DNA of 35,684 nucleotides, from contig JBJOJU010000376.1 of assembly GCA_046046485.1 (NCBI GenBank), positions 1 through 35,684 on the forward strand. The letters run 5' to 3'. The notes beneath the pieces were generated by a model. That model was not told where the DNA came from, did no database searches, and saw nothing but the letters and a program-made list of their open reading frames with translations. The first letter of the stretch is position 1, and every line of letters begins with the position of its first letter. Below are positions 8,860 through 17,825 of the stretch, piece after piece. The translations under genes were made by a program, and so were the position numbers. The DNA comes from Chloroflexota bacterium. Its GTDB lineage: Bacteria; Chloroflexota; Chloroflexia; Chloroflexales; Roseiflexaceae.

Positions 8860-9732
8860 TCAGGCTCCCTGTTCCGACGGCTTCCCCGTCGTCTGGGCGA
8901 AAAAGGCATCGACCGACGCGGCGACGGCCGCGGCGTTTTCGTCGTGCACCGCCATCGACCCGGCGAACACCGCACTCGTCGCCTGGGGCAGCGCCGCCAG
9001 GAACGCCGGCAGCCGTGTGGGCGGCGTCGTGCGCGCCTCGGCGCCCCAGACGATGTGCACCGGCTGCGTGAGCAGCGGCAGCACGGGGCGCAGGTCGCAG
9101 TTCGACACCATCGCCACGAAACACAACGGCGCGTAGGCCGCACCAGGGCGCTGTGCCGCCCGCACAAACGCGGCGGACATCGCATCGTCGAGCGCTGCTG
9201 GGCTGGCATAGGTCGTCGACTGCAGGAAATAGCGAATACTGCCGCGGGTCACCAACCCGCGGAACAGCACACGCCCGATCGGGCCGCGCAGCCAGGTCTG
9301 GGGCGATTTGGGCGTGACCAGGTCTTCCAACCCGGTCGGGCAGATCAACATCAACCGCTCGACCAACGCACCGACCGTCACCGCCGCCGTGCACGCATAT
9401 GCACCCGCCAACGAGACCGCATACAGACAAAAGACCCCGCCCAGATGGCGCGCCACATCGGCGATGAGCGCGCTGTAGAGCGCAGCGTCGTAGACGATAT
9501 CGGGGCGATCCGAATCACCGAAGCCGATGAGATCGAGTGCCACGACCCGGTAGTGCTGCTGCAGATGGGCAAACGGTCGGCGCAGCTCGTGGCTGCCCGC
9601 AGCTGCGTTGATGCTATGTACCAGTAGCACGGTCGGGCCACTCCCGGCCTCGTGGAGGGCGATGCGATAGCCGCGCCAGTCGAAAAACCGGACCGGTACG
9701 CCCAGCGGCGCCAATACTGTCGTCGCGGTCAT
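8860..9732 (-). CDS. Alpha/beta-fold hydrolase
   Basis: It has LLVHSINAAAG, the nucleophile elbow AVSLAG and a C-terminal His in MAVHDE. I trimmed the start to ATG 9732 (MTATTVLAPLG), which is preceded by AGGAGG. That ATG overlaps the upstream stop as ATGA. Confidence 0.8.
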   Translation of the reverse strand: MTATTVLAPLGVPVRFFDWRGYRIALHEAGSGPTVLLVHSINAAAGSHELRRPFAHLQQHYRVVALDLIGFGDSDRPDIVYDAALYSALIADVARHLGGVFCLYAVSLAGAYACTAAVTVGALVERLMLICPTGLEDLVTPKSPQTWLRGPIGRVLFRGLVTRGSIRYFLQSTTYASPAALDDAMSAAFVRAAQRPGAAYAPLCFVAMVSNCDLRPVLPLLTQPVHIVWGAEARTTPPTRLPAFLAALPQATSAVFAGSMAVHDENAAAVAASVDAFFAQTTGKPSEQGA

Positions 9733-11069
9733 TGTTCCCCTCCTGCGGTGCCGAGGTGCAGCGCTAACCACGCGCGTGCCCCGGCGGGGCTGTCGTACAC
9801 CCCGTCGAGCTGGGCTTCGTAGGCCGCCTGCAAAATCGTTTTGATGCGCGGCCCGGCGGGCACCCCGCTGGCGATGACGTCCTCGCCCCGCAACAGGGCC
9901 GGCACCGGAGCGGTGGCCGCGCCCAGGGCTTCGGCGACCGCCAAGAACGGCGCCCCCGGCTCGGCACGGGGCAACGGCGGGCGCCCCGAGCTGTCGGCAC
10001 CCACCAGACGTGCCCACCACTGGAGTTCGGCAGGTGCCAGCCGCGCCGCCAAGCGGCGCACGCTGCGCGGGCTGGGCGCCCCGTCGTTGGCAGCCATGTG
10101 CTCGCGCACCAAGGCGGTCACCGGCGCAGCAAAGCGCTCCGGGGCACCGATTGCCATGAGAAACGCGCGCGTCGGCGCATCACCGGCAGCCGCGTGCCCG
10201 TGACAGGTGATCCGGTCACCTTCGACCACGCTGGTACTGGGCTTGCCCAAATCGTGGCAGAGCGCCGCCAACGCCGTGATAATCACCGCCTCGTCGTCGA
10301 GCTGCGCACGGCGCTCGGCCATCCCCGCACACACATACAGGGTATGCACCCAGGCGTCGCCCTCGGGGTGGTGGATCGGGTCTTGGGCACACCCCACCAA
10401 AGCGGCGAGCATCGGGTAGATCGCCAACCATCCACTGTCGTACAGCAGTGTCAACCCCCGCTGCGGGAAGGGTGCCAGCGCCCACAAGCGCCATTCGTGC
10501 CAGATCCGCGCCGGGGCGATACTCGCCGCCCGCGCGACCACCGCCTGCGCCGCGGCACAGGTCGCCGCGGTGGGCGTGAAGTCGAGCTGGGCCGCCAGGC
10601 GCATCGCCCGCAACACCCGCAGCGGGTCGGCGGCGAATGCACCATCGAGCACCCGCAAAACCCCGGCCTGGCAATCGGCCACGCCGCCGGTGGGGTCGAC
10701 GATGGTGCCGTCGGGCAGCAGCGCGATTGCATTGATCGTCAAATCACGGGCAGCGGCGGCGTGGCGCAGGTCGGCGTGCGCCGCCACACTCACGTCGATG
10801 GCCAACGCCCCCTGCCGCCAGCGCACCGCCGGGTGATCGCCGCCGACCGCACCACCGGGCACCACGTGCGCGAGGGCGTGTTCGAGGGTGGGCAAATCGG
10901 CTACCACGACCTCGATGTCGATGTCGTGCACGGGTCGCCCGAGCAGCACATCACGCACGGCGCCACCCACCACGCGCCACGGCAGTGCAGCAGCGGTCAG
11001 ATATTCGGTCAGCGGGGCGACTGCGGCCAAGAGGGCGGTCACCGTCGGGAACGGGCGTCGGGTTTTCAC
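9729..11069 (-). CDS. cca: CCA-adding-type tRNA nucleotidyltransferase / poly(A) polymerase family protein with an HD domain
   Basis: It has the GGAVRDVLLGRPVHDIDIEV head motif, RDLTINA, and HD-domain motifs HHPEGDAWVHT and CHDLGK. The start is uncertain. I chose GTG 11069 because the track start (11210) would overlap the divergent redoxin gene. Confidence 0.75.
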   Translation of the reverse strand: MKTRRPFPTVTALLAAVAPLTEYLTAAALPWRVVGGAVRDVLLGRPVHDIDIEVVVADLPTLEHALAHVVPGGAVGGDHPAVRWRQGALAIDVSVAAHADLRHAAAARDLTINAIALLPDGTIVDPTGGVADCQAGVLRVLDGAFAADPLRVLRAMRLAAQLDFTPTAATCAAAQAVVARAASIAPARIWHEWRLWALAPFPQRGLTLLYDSGWLAIYPMLAALVGCAQDPIHHPEGDAWVHTLYVCAGMAERRAQLDDEAVIITALAALCHDLGKPSTSVVEGDRITCHGHAAAGDAPTRAFLMAIGAPERFAAPVTALVREHMAANDGAPSPRSVRRLAARLAPAELQWWARLVGADSSGRPPLPRAEPGAPFLAVAEALGAATAPVPALLRGEDVIASGVPAGPRIKTILQAAYEAQLDGVYDSPAGARAWLALHLGTAGGEQ

Positions 11070-11102
11070 GGCTTTCTCAGCGACGTAAATCAGCACTACA
11101 GG

Positions 11103-11108
11103 TATAAT
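11103..11108 (+). promoter_or_regulatory. Candidate -10 box for the redoxin gene; the complementary TATTAT may serve the divergent cca operon
   Basis: TATAAT at 11103-11108 lies 31 nt upstream of ATG 11140, with GAGAGGAG RBS between them. No good -35 element is present. Confidence 0.35.
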
Positions 11109-11139
11109 ACGCCCGTTATGCCCACGAGAGGAGTCCGAC

Positions 11140-11385
11140 ATGAGCGCACCCATCACGATGTACACCACCGCCTGGTGTTCCGATTGCAAATTGGCCAAGC
11201 GGGTCTTCAACGAGTTGAATGTCAGCTACACCGAAATCGACATCGAGCAGGTCCCCAGTGCCCGCGACGAAGTCGTCCGCCTCAACAACGGCGCGTCGTC
11301 GGTCCCCACCATCGTCTTCCCCGACGGGTCGATTCTGGTCGAGCCCTCGGCCGCGGTCCTCAAGGCCAAAGTCGCCAGCATGTAG
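11140..11385 (+). CDS. Glutaredoxin-family small redoxin, mycoredoxin/NrdH-like
   Basis: The 81-aa ORF has MYTTAWCSDCKLAK (CxxC) and VPTIVFPDGSILVEPSAAVLKAKV. It is collinear with mycoredoxin-type sequences as I recall them. Confidence 0.85.
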   Translation: MSAPITMYTTAWCSDCKLAKRVFNELNVSYTEIDIEQVPSARDEVVRLNNGASSVPTIVFPDGSILVEPSAAVLKAKVASM

Positions 11386-11396
11386 TCGTACAGATG

Positions 11397-11431
11397 AAAA
11401 AGCCCCCGGCGCGTGTGCGCCGGGGGCTTTC
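11397..11431. terminator. Bidirectional intrinsic terminator between the redoxin gene and purA
   Basis: The stem pairs AGCCCCCGGCGC (11401-11412) with GCGCCGGGGGCT (11417-11428) around a GTGT loop. The minus-strand tail is TTTTT (strong, for purA) and the plus-strand tail is TTCTGCTG (weaker). Confidence 0.8.
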
Positions 11432-11438
11432 TGCTGCC

Positions 11439-12734
11439 TTACAAAACGGGCAGTACCTCGATGATTTGATCGTGCCCCGGGCCGACCGAAATCATCGAAA
11501 TCTCGGCACCGATCAGGGCTGCCACTCGCCGCACGTAGGCCTGGGCGTTGGCAGGCAGGTCTTCCCAGCGGCGCACGCCGTCGGTGGGGGTCAACCACCC
11601 CGGCAGGGTCTCGTAGACGGGTTGGACCCGTTCGTAGTCGACGATGTCCGACGGCGGGTGGGCGAGCGCCTGCCCGTCGAGGGTGTAACCGACGCAGATC
11701 TTGATTTCGGCGAGTTCGTCGAGCACATCCAGCTTGGTCAGCGCCAGTCGGTCGATCCCATTGAGCCGCGCCGCATAGCGCGACGCGACGGCGTCGAGCC
11801 AGCCCACGCGGCGCAGGCGACCGGTGGTGGTGCCCACCTCGGCCCACGGCTTGCCCATCTGACGCAGCGCGTCGGCGGTGGCACCGTCGACTTCGCTGGG
11901 GAACGGCCCCGAGCCGACGCGGCTGGTGAACGCCTTGTAGACCCCCATCACGTGGTCGACCGCCAACGGCGACAACCCGGCGCCCTGGATCGCCCCGGAA
12001 ATCCCCGGCATCGACGACGTCACGTACGGGTAGGTCCCGTGGTCGATGTCGAGCATGACCCCCTGGGCTCCCTCGAGCAACAGCGGCGTTTTCGCATCGA
12101 CGGCTGCCTGCACCAACGGGTAGATATCGGTGATGTGCGCGGCCAACCGCTGGCCGTAGCCGGCGTATTCGGTCACCAACGCCTCGAGGTCATAGCGGGC
12201 GTCGCTCTGGTAGTAGGTCGCAAAGAGACGATTTTTCGCTGCCACAATCGGCGCCAACACCCGACGCAGCACCGCCGCATCACGCAGGTCGCCCATACGC
12301 ACCCCGGCGCGGGCCGTCTTGTCGGCGTAGGTCGGTCCGATGCCGCGCCCGGTCGTGCCGATCTTGGCGTCGCCGCGCTGCGCTTCGTCGAGCTTGTCTT
12401 GTTCGACGTGGTAGGGCATCACCACATGGGCCCGGTCGCTGATGCGCAGGCTGTCGACACTGATGCCGCGGGCGATCAAGCCGTCGAGTTCGCCGATGAA
12501 GTGTTTGGGGTTGACGACGGTGCCGTTGCCGACGATGTTGGTGATCTGCGGCTCGAAAATGCCGGCCGGCACCAGGTTGAGCTTGAAGGTCCCGTGTCGG
12601 TTGACGACCGTGTGACCGGCGTTATTGCCACCGCCGTAGCGCACGACGGTCGTCGCACGCGCGGCGAGGATATCGATGATGTGCCCCTTGCCTTCGTCGC
12701 CCCACTGCGCACCGACGACTGCTACAACTGCCAT
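11439..12734 (-). CDS. purA: Adenylosuccinate synthetase
   Basis: It has GAQWGDEGKGHIID, GTTGRGIGP and GTTTGRLRR. I trimmed the start to the ATG at 12734 (MAVVAVVG), which is preceded by GGAGGG. Confidence 0.97.
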   Translation of the reverse strand: MAVVAVVGAQWGDEGKGHIIDILAARATTVVRYGGGNNAGHTVVNRHGTFKLNLVPAGIFEPQITNIVGNGTVVNPKHFIGELDGLIARGISVDSLRISDRAHVVMPYHVEQDKLDEAQRGDAKIGTTGRGIGPTYADKTARAGVRMGDLRDAAVLRRVLAPIVAAKNRLFATYYQSDARYDLEALVTEYAGYGQRLAAHITDIYPLVQAAVDAKTPLLLEGAQGVMLDIDHGTYPYVTSSMPGISGAIQGAGLSPLAVDHVMGVYKAFTSRVGSGPFPSEVDGATADALRQMGKPWAEVGTTTGRLRRVGWLDAVASRYAARLNGIDRLALTKLDVLDELAEIKICVGYTLDGQALAHPPSDIVDYERVQPVYETLPGWLTPTDGVRRWEDLPANAQAYVRRVAALIGAEISMISVGPGHDQIIEVLPVL

Positions 12735-12799
12735 GTGCGGCCCTCCGTTGTACAACTCACACAAAAGCCGTGCGCGCAACAATCCCTGCACGCCGGTCG

Positions 12800-12816
12800 T
12801 GTAATAATATTATAAG
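12800..12816. promoter_or_regulatory. AT-rich divergent promoter core shared by purA and the TerC-like gene
   Basis: The plus strand reads TGTAATAAT (extended -10-like, 12800-12808). The minus strand reads TATAAT (12814..12809). No clear -35 elements are present. Confidence 0.35.
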
Positions 12817-12838
12817 TGAACTATCATACGGGGACACT

Positions 12839-13681
12839 ATGGACATCGCGACGCTGACGATTATCGTGCAATTAGTGTTCCTCGAAGGCATCCTCTCGAT
12901 CGACAACGCCGCCGTCCTCGGTGCGATGGTCAGTCACCTCCCCGACAACAAACCCATCCCGTGGCCCAAACCCCTCGCCTTTCTGAGTGCGTGGGGCGAG
13001 CGCGTCTTGGGGAATCAGCGCGCCGCCGCCCTCAAAGTCGGTCTGCTGGGCGCCTACGTCGGCCGCGGCTTGATGCTGGTCTTGGCCGGCTGGATTATCC
13101 AATTCCCCTGGCTGCGCGTCGTCGGGGCCGGCTATCTCATCTATCTGGCCGTCCGCCATTTCGCTGAGCGCTTCGACCACACCGGCGAAGACGGCACCCC
13201 GGGCACCACCCGTCTGGCGGCTAGCGGCTTCTGGGGCACGGTCTTGGCCCTCGAACTCGCCGACCTGGCGTTCAGCATCGACAACGTCATCGCCGCCGTG
13301 GCCCTGTCCGACCAGATCTGGATCGTCATGCTGGGCGTGGCAATCGGCATTTTGGTGATGCGTTTCGCGGCCCAGATTTTCTCGCGCCTCATCGCGTGGG
13401 AGCCGGCATTCGAAACCGCTGCGTTCCTCTTGCTGCTGACCATCGGCGCCGAGCTGCTTCTGCACGAATACGCACACATCGAACTCACCGAGGTCCAGCA
13501 GTTCTTCATCTCGATGGGCGTGCTCCTGGGCACCATCGGCATCGCCCGCTCGCCGCTGCGTCGCCCGGTCACCGTCATGCTCTTCCCCGTCCGCTGGCTC
13601 TTCTACTCGATCATCGCCTTCATCGACATGTTCAAAGAGCTGGCCACCACACCGCATATCCCCGACGAACCGACCCACTGA
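12839..13681 (+). CDS. TerC/DUF475-superfamily integral membrane protein
   Basis: It has paired motifs LEGILSIDNAAVLGAM and ELADLAFSIDNVIAAVALS and multiple TM helices. I trimmed the start to ATG 12839 (MDIATLT), which is preceded by GGGGA. Confidence 0.8.
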   Translation: MDIATLTIIVQLVFLEGILSIDNAAVLGAMVSHLPDNKPIPWPKPLAFLSAWGERVLGNQRAAALKVGLLGAYVGRGLMLVLAGWIIQFPWLRVVGAGYLIYLAVRHFAERFDHTGEDGTPGTTRLAASGFWGTVLALELADLAFSIDNVIAAVALSDQIWIVMLGVAIGILVMRFAAQIFSRLIAWEPAFETAAFLLLLTIGAELLLHEYAHIELTEVQQFFISMGVLLGTIGIARSPLRRPVTVMLFPVRWLFYSIIAFIDMFKELATTPHIPDEPTH

Positions 13682-13692
13682 TCGACACGCAG

Positions 13693-13727
13693 ACACCCCC
13701 GGCCACGCAGGCTGGGGGTGTTTTTTG
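13693..13727 (+). terminator. Intrinsic terminator of the TerC-like gene
   Basis: The stem pairs ACACCCCC(GGCC) with (AGGC)TGGGGGTGT (13693-13721) and is followed by TTTTTTG. Confidence 0.75.
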
Positions 13728-13731
13728 TGCG

Positions 13732-13775
13732 TTTTTTTTACAGAGAAAACCGGGGTACGCTGGTGCGTACCCCGG
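13732..13775 (-). terminator. Intrinsic terminator of aceB
   Basis: The stem pairs CCGGGGTACGC (13750-13760) with GCGTACCCCGG (13765-13775) around a TGGT loop. The minus-strand tail is TTTTCTCTGTAAAAAAAA. Confidence 0.75.
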
Positions 13776-13787
13776 CCGGAGTCAGGC

Positions 13788-15350
13788 TCAAGCCATCTGG
13801 TTGTAGCCGGGGACGGTCAGGAACTCGACGAACTCGGGGTTGAGGATCAACTCATCCAACAGCGCCACTGCCTGGTCGAGGCGCGGGCCGGCGAGGCGTT
13901 CCTGCAGCTTCTGGACCTCTTCGGTGCGCGTCATCTTGTAGAGATACGCATCGACGTCGCGGCCGTCGGCCAACTTGGCGCCGTGGTGCACCCACTGCCA
14001 GATCTGCGAGCGGGCGATTTCGGCGGTGGCGACGTCTTCCATCAGGTAGTTGATGGCCACCGCACCACGCCCGCCGAACCAGGCCTCGATATACTGCAAC
14101 GCCACGCTGATGTTGTTACGCAACCCGGCCTCGGTGATGTCGCCGATCGGAATCGTCAACAGATCCTGCGCCGTCACACTGACCTGGGGCACATAGGTGA
14201 TCTGGTTTTCTGCCGAAAAGGCCTTCTTGAAGATCTCTTGGACCGGCTTCACCAAGCCGGGGTGGGCCACCCAGGCACCGTCGAAGCCCTGGTCTGCCTC
14301 GCGCTGCTTGTCTTCGGCGAGCTTCGCCATCGAACGGTTGTTGGCGTTGACGTCGTCTTTGCGGGGGATAATCGCCGACATGCCCCCCATCGCGTGTGCG
14401 CCGCGGCGGTGACACGTCGCCACCACCAACTCAGCGGCCGACCGCAAGAAATGCACCGCCATCGTCACCTGGGCGCGATCGGGCAACACGAAATCGTCGC
14501 GGTGGTTGAAGGCCTTGATGAAGCTGTAGATGTAGTCCCAGCGCCCATGGTTGAGACCGCTCGAATGCTCGCGCAATTCGTACAAAATCTCGTGCATCTC
14601 GAACACCGCCAAGATGTGTTCGATGAGCACCGTGGCGCGGATGCTGCCCTGGGGGATGCCCAGTTTGTCTTGGGCGTAGACAAAAATCTCGTTCCACAAG
14701 CGGGCTTCGAGGTGATTCTGCAGCTTGGGCAGGTAGACGTAGGGGCCACTCCCGCGCTTGAGCAGTTCTTTGGCGTTGTGGAACAGGTAGAGACCCAGGT
14801 CGAACAACCCACCCGAGATAGGTGCGCCGTTGTAGGTGACGTGTTTTTCATCGAGATGCCAGCCACGCACCCGCACTGCCAACACCGCCGTCTCGTCGTT
14901 CAGCCGATAGACGCTGCCGTCTTTGGCGGTGAACGAAATCGTGCGCCGGATGGCGTCGCGCAGGTTGATCTGCCCCTGCACCACGTTGTCCCACAACGGT
15001 GCATTGGCGTCTTCGAAGTCAGCCATAAAGACCTGGGCGCCGCTGTTGAGGGCATTGATGACCATTTTGCGGTCGACGGGGCCGGTGATTTCGGTACGCC
15101 GATTGCGGAAGTTGGCCGGCGGCGGTGACACCTTCCATTCGCCGCTGCGGATATGCGCCGTCTCGGGGTTGAAATCCGGCAGTGCACCGGCTTTGAGCTC
15201 CGCCCAGCGGGTCACGCGGCGGGCCAGCAATTCGGCGCGGCGCGCTTCGAAGCGCACGACCAGATCTTCGACAAAGGCCAGCGCGTCGCGCGACAGAATT
15301 TCGTCGTATGCCGGGGTACGTTTCCCCGTGATCACCAAACCCTCAGTCAT
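13788..15350 (-). CDS. aceB: Malate synthase A
   Basis: The 520-aa length fits the A form. It has GLNHGRWDYIYS and YLMEDVATAEI. GAGGAG lies 7 nt upstream of the ATG. Confidence 0.95.
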   Translation of the reverse strand: MTEGLVITGKRTPAYDEILSRDALAFVEDLVVRFEARRAELLARRVTRWAELKAGALPDFNPETAHIRSGEWKVSPPPANFRNRRTEITGPVDRKMVINALNSGAQVFMADFEDANAPLWDNVVQGQINLRDAIRRTISFTAKDGSVYRLNDETAVLAVRVRGWHLDEKHVTYNGAPISGGLFDLGLYLFHNAKELLKRGSGPYVYLPKLQNHLEARLWNEIFVYAQDKLGIPQGSIRATVLIEHILAVFEMHEILYELREHSSGLNHGRWDYIYSFIKAFNHRDDFVLPDRAQVTMAVHFLRSAAELVVATCHRRGAHAMGGMSAIIPRKDDVNANNRSMAKLAEDKQREADQGFDGAWVAHPGLVKPVQEIFKKAFSAENQITYVPQVSVTAQDLLTIPIGDITEAGLRNNISVALQYIEAWFGGRGAVAINYLMEDVATAEIARSQIWQWVHHGAKLADGRDVDAYLYKMTRTEEVQKLQERLAGPRLDQAVALLDELILNPEFVEFLTVPGYNQMA

Positions 15351-15362
15351 CGATGTTTCTCC

Positions 15363-17759
15363 TCACTGCGATGCAATCGCCATATTCAGATGCGCACCGA
15401 GGTTGCGGAAATCCGCCGTCCAGTCGAGTGCTTCGGGATCGCCCTGGTCCGCTTTCGCCCGCATCTGCGGGTAATCGCGCTGCCACACGACATTATAGTT
15501 GTTCTGCACCATCCACAGGTCGACGTCGTAGGCTTTGGCCACGTCGACCATCCGCAACAGCGTGCGCACCTGCCCCTTGGTCAACGGCGTCGCCATGAAC
15601 TGCTGCCCGACCCGCGCCAAGGCCTGGGTCAACTGCAGTTTGACGGTCGCGCTGTCGTACGCCACGCCGTTCTGCACAGCATCGTCGATCAGCCCTTTCA
15701 CCCGCAGGCTGTCGGGCGCTTCGGCCGTCAGCGCACTGCGCACATCGGCGTGCAGCGCAGCCGAAGCGGCCACCTGCAATTCACCAGGCACGGGCAAGGC
15801 CATTTTCTGCAGAAAACGCATCAACGACGTGTGCTCGGCGTACATGTCGTGGTAGCGCTCGACGACTTTATCGACCACCTCGGCCAACATCGCCTCGAGA
15901 ATCGATCGCTGCTCCTCGCGGAAGATCGAATGCAGCGAGTAGCTGAACGGTCCCAGTGACTCGTCGAGCGCCTGTCTGACGGCGACCTGGTCGTTGCGGG
16001 CGACCGCAGGCACAATGCGATGCAGCAATGCATCGAGTTGTTCGTCGTCGGGGCGCACACCGCCGTGCATCTCCTGGTCGCTGCTGAGCACGACCCCGTA
16101 CTGGAAGCGGCGTTGTTCGCCGGTCAGCAGCGCGGTGATGTCGGTGACGCCGATGGCGATCCGCGTCGACCCGAGCGTCCAGCGGTGCTGCACGATGCGC
16201 TGCACTCGATGCAGATAGACCACGTCGCGATTGGCCGTTTCGTGGAACAACGCCGTCAGCGCATCGTGGGCGCACACATCGGCCAGCGACAACACCAGCG
16301 GCGACACCTCGCTGCGATAGACCGATTCCATCGTGACACCGGTGTTCGAGACGACCTGTTCGAGTTTTTCGTTGAAGCCTTCTTCGAGGCTGAGATCCAT
16401 CGTCTGTGCGGCCAGCTGCATGGCGCGGGCAGCATAGCGCAACACCTGCACCGTCTCGATGCCGGTCGGGTCGTTGAAAAACCAGGCACAGCTGGTGTAG
16501 CTCTGCATCAGCTGGCGCTGCAGCTCCATCAAGCCCAGGGCCGGCCAGCGCTCGTGGGTGGTGGCGTACTGGTGCAGAAACGCATCCATGCCCGCTTCGG
16601 TGGGATTGTTGATGACGGTGATATAGGCATCGCGGGCCGCCCACGGGTCACGATAGAACCGGCGCGCACTGCGTTCCCAGGCGTCGTTGACGGCCCCGGC
16701 CATGTAGTCGAGCGCGCTGCGCAGCGGTGCCCGCCAAACCTGGTTCCACCCTGCTTGGCCACCGGTGTGGCAGCCGCAGTCGCTGCGCCAACGTTCGACG
16801 CCGTGTGCACAGCTCCACGAGCTGTTTTCGACGATCTGGGCCTCGTGCGTGGGGGGGAACAGCGCCAAATACTCGCCGTACACGGTCACCGTGGCCAGAT
16901 TGAGCTGCTCGATGTTGTGCAACGCAAACGCCAGCGCCATCTCGCCGTGGCGGTGGTGGTGGCCATAGGTCTCGCCGTCGGTCGCCACGTGGGCGAGTTT
17001 GGGTGTGCCGTCGTCGTCGACGCCGGCGATGAGGGCGTTGGCCAGCGCATCGCCGTTCTGCAGCAGATTCTGGAAGGCGATCGCTTGCGACGTCGAGCCG
17101 TTGTAGAAAAACACCGCGATGGTGCGCCCCGATGGCAGATTGACCCGATAGGGCATGGTCGTGTCGACGCCGTAAGTCGTCGGCTGCCACGCGCTGCTGC
17201 CCAGCGGGCGTACGGCGGCGGCTTGGTGCGGTGCCAAAATCGTATATTTGATGCCGTATTCGGCCAGTGCTTCGAGCGAATCGGTGCACACCGCCGCCTC
17301 GGAGAGCCACATCCCCTCGGGTTGGCGGCCGTAGTGGTGTACGAAATCGGCGACGCCCCAGGCGACCTGGGTGCGTCGGTCGCGCGCGGTCGCCAAGGGC
17401 ATGATGATGTGCCCGTAGACCTGGGCGATGGCCGAGCCGTGGCCACCGAAGCGCGCGCGGCTCTCGACGTCGGCCGCGATGATGGCGTCGTAGGTGGTCG
17501 GTTCGGCGGCGCGCAACCAACGCATCAGTGTCGGGCCGACGTTGAAGCTGATATGGGCGTAATTATTGCGGATCGCCCGGATCCGGCCGCGCTCGTCTAA
17601 TATGCGCGCCGCGGTGTTGGGTGCGTAGCACTCCGCCGACACTCGGGCGTTCCAATCGTGGTACGGGGCGGCGCTGGGTTGGACGTCGATGGCGTCGAGC
17701 CAGGGGTTTTCACGCGGGGGTTGATAGAAATGGCCGTGGATACACACATAACGGGTCAC
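15363..17759 (-). CDS. Glycoside hydrolase family 57 protein (long form with a DUF3536-type C-terminal region)
   Basis: The N-terminus reads VCIHGHFYQPPRENPW and GETYGHHH is present; the length is ~800 aa. The start appears to be GTG at 17759, preceded by AGGAA. Confidence 0.9.
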   Translation of the reverse strand: MTRYVCIHGHFYQPPRENPWLDAIDVQPSAAPYHDWNARVSAECYAPNTAARILDERGRIRAIRNNYAHISFNVGPTLMRWLRAAEPTTYDAIIAADVESRARFGGHGSAIAQVYGHIIMPLATARDRRTQVAWGVADFVHHYGRQPEGMWLSEAAVCTDSLEALAEYGIKYTILAPHQAAAVRPLGSSAWQPTTYGVDTTMPYRVNLPSGRTIAVFFYNGSTSQAIAFQNLLQNGDALANALIAGVDDDGTPKLAHVATDGETYGHHHRHGEMALAFALHNIEQLNLATVTVYGEYLALFPPTHEAQIVENSSWSCAHGVERWRSDCGCHTGGQAGWNQVWRAPLRSALDYMAGAVNDAWERSARRFYRDPWAARDAYITVINNPTEAGMDAFLHQYATTHERWPALGLMELQRQLMQSYTSCAWFFNDPTGIETVQVLRYAARAMQLAAQTMDLSLEEGFNEKLEQVVSNTGVTMESVYRSEVSPLVLSLADVCAHDALTALFHETANRDVVYLHRVQRIVQHRWTLGSTRIAIGVTDITALLTGEQRRFQYGVVLSSDQEMHGGVRPDDEQLDALLHRIVPAVARNDQVAVRQALDESLGPFSYSLHSIFREEQRSILEAMLAEVVDKVVERYHDMYAEHTSLMRFLQKMALPVPGELQVAASAALHADVRSALTAEAPDSLRVKGLIDDAVQNGVAYDSATVKLQLTQALARVGQQFMATPLTKGQVRTLLRMVDVAKAYDVDLWMVQNNYNVVWQRDYPQMRAKADQGDPEALDWTADFRNLGAHLNMAIASQ

Positions 17760-17825
17760 GGGCTGGTTCCTGTGGTACGACGCTGCCGGGGTGGCAGCGC
17801 CGCATAAGTGAGTTTTTCTGTGGCG

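Noticed and set aside
7980-9209. 5'-extended versions of several track ORFs: 7980-9209, 8860-10020, 9729-11210, 4822-6072, 29496-30320, 35101-35622, 2712-4973, 11439-12791 and 12770-13681.
   Set aside because: The extensions overlap the upstream gene or a divergent gene and translate to Arg/Pro-rich junk. In each case an internal ATG or GTG with a good SD coincides with the family-typical N-terminus. Some track starts are GTG or TTG codons with no RBS.
10098-12815. Very long ORFs antisense to confidently identified genes. Examples: 10098-12815 (+, 905 aa), 27383-29596 (-, 737 aa), 17808-19664 (+), 22937-24760 (+), 16020-17600 (+), 13725-15128 (+), 898-2154 (+), 3793-5025 (-) and 6714-7919 (+).
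   Set aside because: These are typical high-GC shadow ORFs. Their translations are Arg/Gly/His/Pro/Asp-rich low complexity with no family motifs. Each lies opposite a gene with unambiguous catalytic motifs (purA, kinase, glgB, SBP, GH57, aceB, pepF and others).
12735-12838. A yybP-ykoY (Mn2+) riboswitch, which is expected upstream of TerC-family genes in many bacteria.
   Set aside because: The whole gap is ~100 bp and is shared with the divergent purA leader. The distance from the candidate -10 to the ATG is ~25 nt. I see none of the conserved four-way-junction sequence elements.
17770-17800. The hairpin CGCTGCC-GGGGT-GGCAGCG between glgB and the GH57 gene, considered as a terminator.
   Set aside because: On the coding (minus) strand no T-tract follows it. 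It sits directly upstream of the GH57 RBS, so it is more likely an intercistronic stem than a terminator.
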